This document shows, in pieces, positions 10,743 to 18,964 of a DNA stretch of 64,000 nucleotides. Within the stretch, counting starts at the first letter, position 1. The number at the start of each line of letters is the position of its first letter. This DNA comes from an uncultured Desulfospira sp. (GTDB taxonomy: Bacteria; Desulfobacterota; Desulfobacteria; Desulfobacterales; Desulfobacteraceae). Both the position numbers and the translations under genes were made by a program. The notes under the pieces are model-generated. The model saw only the letters and a program-made list of their open reading frames with translations, was not told the origin of the DNA and searched no databases. The DNA lies in NCBI GenBank assembly GCA_963663165.1, contig OY760175.1, positions 6,528,001 to 6,592,000 on the forward strand, written 5' to 3'.

Positions 10743-11162
10743 CTATGATTCCCGGCCGAAATGATCCCTGAGGACATCCTGGACCATTTCCGGAGTATTG
10801 ATTATCAGGGGCTTTTGCTCTTTGGAGGGGCCTGAAGAAACATCGGCTTTTTTGGAAATTTCAAAAGAGCCTGCCCCTGAGGAAATCGACCAGTTGTCCA
10901 GATCGAAATTTAAGAATTGAACCTCGGCAATGGCGGAAAGGGACTGGCAAAGGGTTTCCACCTCCTCAATTTTCATTCCGGAGCCCGAGGTTTTTATCAA
11001 TCGTCCTGAAAAGGTGGCGGATTTTCCTGAAAATGAATAAAAGAGGCGCGAAAGATCGGTGTTGTGGGTCACCAGCAATCGTTTGATCTTCTGGTTGGTT
11101 TCGTATCGCGTTGCCTGATTTTTCATAAGAAACATGATAAAAATCAGGCCTGCAGAAGTCAA
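10743..11162 (-). CDS. Hypothetical protein (true start probably a downstream ATG)
   Basis: 139-codon ORF with natural composition filling the gap after the MCP, convergent with it; no motif recognised. Confidence 0.65.
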   Translation of the reverse strand: MTSAGLIFIMFLMKNQATRYETNQKIKRLLVTHNTDLSRLFYSFSGKSATFSGRLIKTSGSGMKIEEVETLCQSLSAIAEVQFLNFDLDNWSISSGAGSFEISKKADVSSGPSKEQKPLIINTPEMVQDVLRDHFGRES

Positions 11163-11446
11163 CAGATATTTTTCGCATCCCCAAAAAATCGCCGGCGCCC
11201 CTTAAAGGGATCATCCCATTTAAAACCGAAAAATATTCCATTTTTCGGAGAAAAGCCTTCCCTGAAAGGTTAATGCAAAATTAATTTGTTATCTTCATAG
11301 ATATGCGGTATGATGAGAAATATTCAAGTTGGCCGTATCGTCAATTTTTTCGATTTTAGCTGTGATGTCGTTTTTTTGCCCGGGCCGTCCCGAACCGGCA
11401 GCACAGGCGGACATCAGTTAATGACCCCAAACATAAGGAAAAGATC

Positions 11447-12439
11447 ATGGTTAGCTATACTCAGATCGGGTTAGTCAATACCCGTGACATGTTTCAACAG
11501 GCGATGTCGGGCGGATATGCTGTTCCTGCCTATAATTTCAACAACATGGAACAGCTCCAGGCCATTATTCAGGCCTGTGTGGAAACCCGTTCGCCGGTGA
11601 TCCTTCAGGTGTCTTCAGGGGCGAGAAAATATGCGAACCAGACCCTGTTGCAATATATGGCCCAGGGGGCCGTGGCCTATGCCGAAGAACTCGGCCTTGG
11701 CATTCCCATCAGCCTTCACCTGGATCATGGGGACACGTTTGACCTGTGCAAAAGCTGCATTGAAATGGGGTTTTCGTCGGTGATGATCGACGGGTCCCAC
11801 CACGCCTATGAAGACAATGTCGAGCTGACGGCCAAGGTGGTGGAATATGCCCATCAATACGATGTTACGGTAGAGGGTGAACTTGGGGTCCTGGCCGGTG
11901 TGGAAGACGATGTGGCGGCCGAAGAGTCCACTTACACCCGGCCGGAGCAGGTGGAAGACTTTGTGGGCCGGACAAAGGTGGATTCCCTGGCCATTTCCAT
12001 TGGGACCTCCCACGGGGCCAACAAGTTTAAACCCGAGCAGTGTACCCCGAATCAGGACGGGGTTTTGGTGCCCCCGCCATTGAAGTTTGACATTCTCGAA
12101 GAAGTGGAAAAGCGGCTGCCCGGGTTTCCCATTGTGCTTCACGGGTCATCCTCTGTGCCCATGGATGAGGTCAACACCATTAACCAGTATGGCGGCAAGC
12201 TTGAAAACGCCATCGGCATTCCCGAGGAACAGCTCAGGAAAGCCGCGGGCATGTCCGTCTGCAAGATCAATATTGATTCTGACGGCCGGCTGGCCATGAC
12301 CGCAGCCATCAGAAAGGTATTTGCAACGTCTCCGGCGGAATTTGATCCGAGAAAATACCTGGGCCCGGCCCGGGATTCCCTAAAGCAGCTTTATATGCAC
12401 AAGAATACACACGTGCTGGGATCGGCAGGGAAAGTATAA
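11447..12439 (+). CDS. fba: Fructose-bisphosphate aldolase class II
   Basis: YAVPAYNFNNMEQ, LHLDHG, FSSVMIDGS, VEGELG, IGTSHG, VLHGSSS, KINIDSD, EFDPRKYL. Confidence 0.97.
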   Translation: MVSYTQIGLVNTRDMFQQAMSGGYAVPAYNFNNMEQLQAIIQACVETRSPVILQVSSGARKYANQTLLQYMAQGAVAYAEELGLGIPISLHLDHGDTFDLCKSCIEMGFSSVMIDGSHHAYEDNVELTAKVVEYAHQYDVTVEGELGVLAGVEDDVAAEESTYTRPEQVEDFVGRTKVDSLAISIGTSHGANKFKPEQCTPNQDGVLVPPPLKFDILEEVEKRLPGFPIVLHGSSSVPMDEVNTINQYGGKLENAIGIPEEQLRKAAGMSVCKINIDSDGRLAMTAAIRKVFATSPAEFDPRKYLGPARDSLKQLYMHKNTHVLGSAGKV

Positions 12440-12543
12440 TAGCCGTTAGCAATTAGCTTTTAGCCATTAGGCATTTCGTACGGCTAACAGCTAACAGCTA
12501 ACAGCTAACGGCTAACGGCTAACGGCTAACAGCTAATAGCTAA
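12440..12543. repeat. Head-to-head heptamer arrays: 4 x GCNNTTA then 9 x YRGCTAA
   Basis: GCCGTTA GCAATTA GCTTTTA GCCATTA, a short spacer, then CGGCTAA/CAGCTAA x9 at 12481-12543, ending at the glgP RBS. Confidence 0.95.
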
Positions 12544-12556
12544 AAAAGGAGGATAC

Positions 12557-15028
12557 ATGGGGGGCGCGGGTTCAAAAAGCAAAAAGAACAACCGGGTATT
12601 AGAGATAAACCGCCTCAAACAGGATATCTGCCATCATGTCCGGTTCAACCTGGGGATGGATCCCGATGATATGAACCGGTTTTCCTGTTACATGGGGCTT
12701 GCCTTGAGTGTGAAAGACCGGCTCATTGACCAGTGGCTTACCACCCAGAAATCCTGTCGGGAGGCCATGGCCAAGCGGGTCTTTTATCTGTCCCTCGAAT
12801 TTCTTCCCGGACGGTTCCTGAAAAATTACCTGGTCAGCCTGGGCATGGAAGACCTGGCCCGGGAAGCCCTGGTGGACATGGGGTTTGAACTCGAGGCGCT
12901 GGAAGAAGAAGAATGGGATGCGGGCCTTGGCAACGGGGGGTTGGGACGGCTTGCCTCATGTTATATGGATTCCATTGCAAGACTCAGGGTGCCGGGATAC
13001 GGATACGGGATCCGTTACGATTTTGGGATTTTTTACCAGGTGATTGCCAATGGATACCAGCAGGAGAAAAGCGATAACTGGATGAGGCGGGGCAGTCCCT
13101 GGGAAATTATCCGGGCAGAGCCGGTTTTTCCCATCAAGTTTTACGGCCACTCTGAACCTTACACCGATCTGGACGGCAACCAGAGATTTCGGTGGGTCAA
13201 TACAGAAGATGTCATGGCCCTGGCCTGTGATGTGCTGATTCCCGGGATAAAAGACGGGTTTGTCACCAATATGCGGCTGTGGACCGCCACCTCAAGCCGG
13301 GAGTTTGACCTGGAATTTTTTAACCGGGGGGATTATGTGGGCGCGGCCCAAGCCAAGGTGGTGAGCGAATCCATTTCCAAGGTGTTGTACCCCAGTGATG
13401 AGATTGCAAAGGGGCGGGAACTGCGGCTCAAGCAGCAGTATTTTTTCGTGTCCGCCACCTTGCAGGATATTATCCGGCAGTACCTGCTGGAACACAAATC
13501 CTTTGACGCCTTTTCAGACTGGGCTGCCATTCAACTCAACGATACCCACCCGGCCATTGCCATTCCCGAGCTCATGCGCCTTTTTGTGGACGAATACGGG
13601 CTTGACTGGGACCAGTCCTGGGACATCTGCCGGAAAACCTTTGCCTACACCAACCACACGGTGCTGCCCGAAGCGTTGGAAAAATGGCCTGTGGAACTGA
13701 TTGCAAGGCTTTTGCCCCGGCATCTGGAAATTATTTATGAGATCAACCAGCGATTTCTGGATCACCTGAGAATCGACTTCCCCCGCGACCCTGAACTTGC
13801 CGAATACCTGTCCATTATTCAGGAAGGGGATGTCAAACAGGTGAGAATGGCCCACCTGGCCATTGTTGGTTCCCATTCGGTGAACGGGGTGGCGGCCCTG
13901 CACTCATCCATCCTTAAGGAAAGCCTGTTCCGGGAGTTTGGCCAGGTGTTTCCCGATAAGATCAAAAACGTGACCAACGGCGTTACCCCGAGGCGGTGGC
14001 TTTACCAGTCCAATCCCGGGCTGTCCGGTTTGATTACATCAGCCATTGGCCCGGACTGGGTAACGGATCTGGATCAGCTCAAAAAGCTGATTCCCCTGGC
14101 AGATGACGGGCAGTTTATCCGCCAATGGCAAAAGGTCAAACTGGAAAACAAAAAACGGCTGGCCCGGTATACCCTGCGTAAAACCGGGATGGGCATCAAC
14201 CCTTCCATGCTGTTTGACATCCATGCCAAACGGATCCATGAATACAAGCGGCAGCTGCTCAATATCATGCATGTGATTTATCTGTATAATACGATCCGGG
14301 AAAATCCCGATGCCGGGATGGTTCCCCGCTGTTTCTTTTTTGCCGGAAAGGCGGCCCCGGCCTATTTTCAGGCCAAGCTGATCATCAAGCTGATCAATGA
14401 GGTCTCGGTTGTGGTCAACACCGACCCCTTGTCCAGGGGAAAGCTCAATGTGGTGTTCCTGCCCAATTACTGCATTTCAACGGCAGAGAAAATGATCCCG
14501 GCCGCGGAAATTTCTGAGCAGATCTCCACGGCCGGGCTCGAAGCCTCAGGCACCGGGAATATGAAATTTGCCCTGAACGGGGCCCTGACCGTGGGAACTT
14601 TGGATGGCGCCAACGTGGAAATTTTAGAAGAGGTGGGGCAGGAAAATATTTTTATTTTCGGGCTCAAGGCCGATGAAGTGGTGGCCAAACGATCCTGGGG
14701 GTATAATCCCCGGCAGATCTATGAAGAAAACCAGGGCTTAAAAAAGGTGATTGACATGATTGGTGCGGGGTTTTTCAGCCCTGATGAGCCGGACTTGTTT
14801 GCGCCGGTTGTCCACTCGCTTCTGGACGGGGGGGATTATTATCTGGTGCTAGCTGATTTTGCAAGCTATGCCAGAACCCAGCAGACCGTTTCCGAGACAT
14901 ACCTGGATCAGGACCGGTGGACCCGGATGTCCATTCTCAATACCGCCAATATGGGGAAATTTTCAAGTGACCGGGCCGTAATGGAATACACCCGAAATAT
15001 CTGGGGGGCGGCTTCGTTGGCCGGATAG
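12557..15028 (+). CDS. glgP: Glycogen/alpha-glucan phosphorylase
   Basis: GLGNGGLGRLA, LRLKQQYFF, IQLNDTHP, NGVTPRRW, KRIHEYKRQ, EASGTGNMKFALNG (PLP lysine). Confidence 0.98.
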   Translation: MGGAGSKSKKNNRVLEINRLKQDICHHVRFNLGMDPDDMNRFSCYMGLALSVKDRLIDQWLTTQKSCREAMAKRVFYLSLEFLPGRFLKNYLVSLGMEDLAREALVDMGFELEALEEEEWDAGLGNGGLGRLASCYMDSIARLRVPGYGYGIRYDFGIFYQVIANGYQQEKSDNWMRRGSPWEIIRAEPVFPIKFYGHSEPYTDLDGNQRFRWVNTEDVMALACDVLIPGIKDGFVTNMRLWTATSSREFDLEFFNRGDYVGAAQAKVVSESISKVLYPSDEIAKGRELRLKQQYFFVSATLQDIIRQYLLEHKSFDAFSDWAAIQLNDTHPAIAIPELMRLFVDEYGLDWDQSWDICRKTFAYTNHTVLPEALEKWPVELIARLLPRHLEIIYEINQRFLDHLRIDFPRDPELAEYLSIIQEGDVKQVRMAHLAIVGSHSVNGVAALHSSILKESLFREFGQVFPDKIKNVTNGVTPRRWLYQSNPGLSGLITSAIGPDWVTDLDQLKKLIPLADDGQFIRQWQKVKLENKKRLARYTLRKTGMGINPSMLFDIHAKRIHEYKRQLLNIMHVIYLYNTIRENPDAGMVPRCFFFAGKAAPAYFQAKLIIKLINEVSVVVNTDPLSRGKLNVVFLPNYCISTAEKMIPAAEISEQISTAGLEASGTGNMKFALNGALTVGTLDGANVEILEEVGQENIFIFGLKADEVVAKRSWGYNPRQIYEENQGLKKVIDMIGAGFFSPDEPDLFAPVVHSLLDGGDYYLVLADFASYARTQQTVSETYLDQDRWTRMSILNTANMGKFSSDRAVMEYTRNIWGAASLAG

Positions 15029-15036
15029 GAGTATAT

Positions 15037-16290
15037 ATGAACACACCAACCAACGGCCAGGACCTCAATCCGGTCACCTTTGGGCGAATCCCTGTTTTTG
15101 ACGGGCAAAAAAATCTGTGGGGTTATGAACTGGCAGGATATGCCGCAGGGGGCAAGGAAAAAAAATTATCAAAAGAGGAACTGACCCCGGAGCTTGTCTC
15201 GGGCACGGCCCTGGCCATGGAACAAACCCTGGACCGGGAAAAAAAGGTTCTGGTCCGGTTTTCCCAGCAAAATATTATTGAAAACCTGCCCTATGCCCTT
15301 CCGCCCAATCGGACCGCCGTCAGGCTTACCAATGCCGATAAATTGAACCCAAAGGCCTTTAATGGCCTCCTGGCATTAAAAAAGGAAGGGTATACCATTG
15401 CCGTGGACTGGTATAAGGATGTTAAGGCGACGGATCCGGCTTTTAAAGCGGCCAATATCATTTGCCTTGACGTTTCGGCCATGGTGCTGCCGGAACTTAC
15501 GGCCGTCTGCAGGAAGATTCAACCGTTTGATGCCGCTATCCTGGCTGAGAATGTTCATGACCAGGCCGGGTTTGATGTCTGTGCCAAAGCCGGGGCTCAT
15601 TTTTTCAAAGGCGCTTTTTTCAAGCAGCCAGAAGATGTATCGGTCAAAAAAATCGTTTCCGGAACCGTTTCCCGGTTTAAACTCATGGAAGCCATTGAAC
15701 AAAAAGACCCGGATTTTGAGAAACTTGCAGGAACCATTCAGGCGGATGTGGCCATCAGTTTCAGGCTCTTGTCCTATTTAAATTCCGCCTCGTTCGGCTT
15801 CCGCCGGAAAATTGATTCCATTAAGGATGCCATTACGTTGATGGGCTGGAACCAGCTGAGAAACTGGTTGAGGGTGATTTTGCTGGCCGATGTTTCTGAA
15901 AACCGGAACGCCCCGGAGCTGGTGTTTCTGTCTGCCCAGCGGGGAAAATTCTTAGAGCAGGTGGGGCTGGATCATGATTATTGGGGATTTGAGCCCGATT
16001 CCCTGCTGCTTTTGGGAATGTTCTCTTTGCTGGATGCCTTGCTCAATCAGCCCATGGATGAAATCATCAAATACCTGCCGCTGGCGGATAAGCTCAAAGG
16101 GGCCCTGTGTCTTTCCGAAAACAATGAATATGTTCCGTTGTTGGCGCTGGCACGGTATTTTGAAGACGGGCAGTTTGAGGAAGCCCAAGCCCTGATCAGC
16201 CGGCTTGGCCTGGACATGGAAAAGGTCAGCACCGCATTTTTTGACGCCATTTGCTGGGCCAATACCATCGGGGGCATGCCGGTGGCATAA
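15037..16290 (+). CDS. Degenerate EAL + HDOD domain signalling protein
   Basis: RIPVFD..WGYEL, LAENV, FKGAFF (degenerate EAL); DVAISFRLLSYLNSASFG..IDSIKDAITLMG, GMFSLLDALL (HDOD). Confidence 0.9.
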   Translation: MNTPTNGQDLNPVTFGRIPVFDGQKNLWGYELAGYAAGGKEKKLSKEELTPELVSGTALAMEQTLDREKKVLVRFSQQNIIENLPYALPPNRTAVRLTNADKLNPKAFNGLLALKKEGYTIAVDWYKDVKATDPAFKAANIICLDVSAMVLPELTAVCRKIQPFDAAILAENVHDQAGFDVCAKAGAHFFKGAFFKQPEDVSVKKIVSGTVSRFKLMEAIEQKDPDFEKLAGTIQADVAISFRLLSYLNSASFGFRRKIDSIKDAITLMGWNQLRNWLRVILLADVSENRNAPELVFLSAQRGKFLEQVGLDHDYWGFEPDSLLLLGMFSLLDALLNQPMDEIIKYLPLADKLKGALCLSENNEYVPLLALARYFEDGQFEEAQALISRLGLDMEKVSTAFFDAICWANTIGGMPVA

Positions 16291-16305
16291 CATCATCAGA
16301 AGAAC

Positions 16306-16860
16306 ATGAAAGTCAGATGCCCACAATGCCAGATTGAAAGTGAACCGTTTTTTGAATGCCCCATCTGCGGGTACCAGCTTGATGGTCAAGACCAGCACCG
16401 CATAGCCGGTCAGAAAAGCTTTGGAAAACCCATTGTTATTATATTGATAACAGCGGCTGTGTTTTTTTCAGGCTTGCTTTATAAACATCATACCAAGCCC
16501 CATGTCCCCCTTTCCAATACAAATAACTATGTTGCCACTGATACGATCAGCAATGGCGAACCCGTGGATTTAAAATCCCATATCATCCCCAACCGGTATA
16601 CCGTATTTGTATTTTACGCAGACTGGTGAGGCGGGTGCCGCCAGTTGCTGCCCCAGTTGGAGGCAGCCAATAAAACCCACAATTGGTTCGGCATTCGCAT
16701 CATCAATATTTCAGACAGAAGAAAATCCAAGGCAGCAGCGCAATATAAAGTGCGTGGTATTCCCCATTGTATGATTTATGATCCGGAAGGCGAACTGCTT
16801 GAATCCTCTTCAAAGGTCTGTTGGGTTTGTGCCAGTGAGCCTGAAAAAATAAAAAAATAG
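16306..16860 (+). CDS. Putative selenoprotein: Zn-ribbon + TM + thioredoxin fold with UxxC (UGGC); in-frame TGA at 16627-16629 read as Sec (184 aa)
   Basis: ORFs 16306-16629 and 16645-16860 are in frame; read-through gives VFVFYADW-U-GGCRQLLPQLE...YKVRGIPHC, a thioredoxin active-site context with the cis-Pro loop; SECIS-like hairpin follows. Confidence 0.85.
16627..16670 (+). promoter_or_regulatory. Bacterial SECIS-like stem-loop after the Sec codon
   Basis: GCTGCC(16647-52)/GGCAGC(16662-67) stem, inner CC/GG pairs with a bulged A, apical loop AGTT starting 25 nt after the TGA. Confidence 0.7.
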
Positions 16861-16931
16861 TTGCATTAAATAAACAGATGTGCCATAAGCATTCCTAAAG
16901 CAGTTGCTCTTTTTAACAAAAGGGGTGCAAA

Positions 16932-17585
16932 TTGGCGGAAAATAAAATCGATATGCTCATCAACCGGATCATGGACGTTACCGGTATCCACTCACAGTCA
17001 GAGCTTGCCAAGGAGCTGGGAATCAACCGTTCCGGTATCACCCATGCCCGAAATAAGAACAAAATACCGGACAATTGGATCATCCGCCTTTACCGGCGGT
17101 ACCGGCTCAACCCCGACTGGGTGGAAACCGGACAGGGCAGTGTTTTCCTTCGCAAAGAGTCTTCCGGAGACGTTCTGTTTAAACAAATCCCAAAGGTAGA
17201 GGCCAGGCTGTCCGCCGGTACGGGTTCTTTTGAGTGTGCCGATGATATTAAGGAATATTTGTCTTTTCCGGCCTCCTGGCTGGCCCGGAAGGGATCGGCC
17301 GCAGCCATGGTGGCCATGGCGGTTTTCGGTCGATCCATGGAGCCGGTGATCATGGAAGGGGATACGGTTCTTATCGACCAGTCCATGACCCGGATTCTTG
17401 CCGGCGCCATCTATGCCGTGGGGGTTGACGACACCATTTTCGTCAAACGGATTGAAAAATTGCCGGACAAGCTGGCGCTGCTCAGCGATAACAAGGATTT
17501 TTCCCCCATATATATTGAGCGGGATGAGATGCCCAAGGTCCGAATCCTTGGGAAGGTGATCTGGAGCTGCCGGGAATACCGGTAG
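16932..17585 (+). CDS. Phage CI-like HTH + peptidase S24 (LexA/CI family) repressor
   Basis: SQSELAKELGINRSGIT HTH, LNPDWVETGQG, cleavage site SAG, catalytic GRSMEP and VKR. Confidence 0.92.
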   Translation: MAENKIDMLINRIMDVTGIHSQSELAKELGINRSGITHARNKNKIPDNWIIRLYRRYRLNPDWVETGQGSVFLRKESSGDVLFKQIPKVEARLSAGTGSFECADDIKEYLSFPASWLARKGSAAAMVAMAVFGRSMEPVIMEGDTVLIDQSMTRILAGAIYAVGVDDTIFVKRIEKLPDKLALLSDNKDFSPIYIERDEMPKVRILGKVIWSCREYR

Positions 17586-17676
17586 GCTGAAAAGACGGCT
17601 TTCCTGGCGCATTGGGGGCCTCTTTTTTTGCATTAAGCGTTTACTTTTTTAAACAAATGATGAATTTTTTAACTTA

Positions 17677-17973
17677 ATGGAGTTGGATATGGACAACACT
17701 ACAGCAAAAGACAGGATCGTATTCGCCATTGCCGGAACCGCATGGGTGGCCGGGCTTTTAATCGCAGGCAGTGAAAATTATTACATGCCGTGGGTAAATC
17801 TGGCCGGCGGGGCCCTCTTTTTTGCGTCCTGCCTTGTTTTAGGCAAAGTCTTTAACCGGATGAACAGGAGGGTCCCTGAAAAAATAACTCCGGCAAAGCT
17901 TCCTGCCAGGGCCGCCGAGCCAAAAGAAAGCTTTGGCTCAGGACTTGCGCTGGGTGTTCTATTAAAAAGTTAA
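17677..17973 (+). CDS. Small membrane hypothetical protein (2 TM)
   Basis: Two hydrophobic segments IVFAIAGTAWVAGLLIAG and WVNLAGGALFFASCLVLG; GGAG at 17679 suggests a start at 17689. Confidence 0.7.
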   Translation: MELDMDNTTAKDRIVFAIAGTAWVAGLLIAGSENYYMPWVNLAGGALFFASCLVLGKVFNRMNRRVPEKITPAKLPARAAEPKESFGSGLALGVLLKS

Positions 17974-17992
17974 GCCAATTCCCGCTTTTTAG

Positions 17993-18029
17993 GCATATGG
18001 TTCCGGATGAACCTTCAGGAACCATATGC
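17993..18029 (+). terminator. 12-bp perfect hairpin downstream of the small membrane gene
   Basis: GCATATGGTTCC / GGAACCATATGC; weak U-tract. Confidence 0.5.
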
Positions 18030-18964
18030 TATCCTTATTATATAGGGCCAATTGCTTTAATCATGGGGTTTGGGCCCGGCATTACAGCCAAACACGCCAT
18101 GCCCCGAGAGCAGGGTTATCGCATTTATAATTACCGATCTCTGTCTTTTGGGGGCTCTTGATCTTGCTCCTGCTCGAAGTCATAATCTGGGGCAAGCGCA
18201 TGGGCAGGATTAAGAACAAGACTTCATGAAGGTCACATACCCTTCAGCCTGAACCGCTTTAGTCTTTTAAACTTTTCTATTGTTTATTTTCTCCAAAACG
18301 CATATACACAGTTCGATAAGTGCTTTTAGGTTTGAGCCGTGGTTCGGTTGAATTCCAGGGGTGTATCTGGTATGATGCGGCCACGTTTCAACAGGGAAAA
18401 GCGGGTTGGAATAGTTTCTTAACGGGGTTTGACGGGTCAATTCTTAACAGAAGGTAAGGACATTCATATGAGTTTTCAGACAAATTTGCCTTTGGGAAAA
18501 TTTGTTGCGGTACGTGAAGCTGATGCCTTTAAAAGAATTTTTATTTCCGGTCTGATCCCCATTTTGCAACCGGTTTCCAACTCACCTTTTTATTCGCAAG
18601 TCGCAGAGACATTCAAATTTTTAATATTCCTGGTTAGCGCCGTGGTTTTTCAATTGAAAAACCTGGAAATGGCATCGTTCATTTCCAAAAATGGCCCCGG
18701 TTTCCGGCTTTTGGTTTCCTCTGAACAATGGATACGAAAGTCAATCGGCCGTAAAGACAACCCCATCGTCTTTTATGGTGAAACGGCTGTATCCTTTGCG
18801 AGGATTGCCTAGGAATTAAGATTGTTTGTTCTTCTTGAAGGACCGTTCTGCGGTGCCCTGACAAAGAACAGGCCTCTGGACTTTAAGATTAACCATCATC
18901 CGGGTTTGTTCTGTCTGGGGCCATACAGGACGCGGATATCCATCAAACAAAATATAGGTCAGAC

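Noticed and set aside
16306..16860. Two separate small genes or a nonsense pseudogene
   Set aside because: The TGA falls exactly on the catalytic position of an xxC thioredoxin motif with a SECIS-like hairpin; Sec read-through explains it better
16932..17973. Prophage immunity region
   Set aside because: No divergent cro, integrase, replication or structural genes nearby
18429..18812. 127-aa ORF upstream of hdrA
   Set aside because: No recognisable motif, Phe/Ser/Ile-rich composition typical of AT-rich intergenic DNA; probably regulatory sequence, though a small gene cannot be excluded
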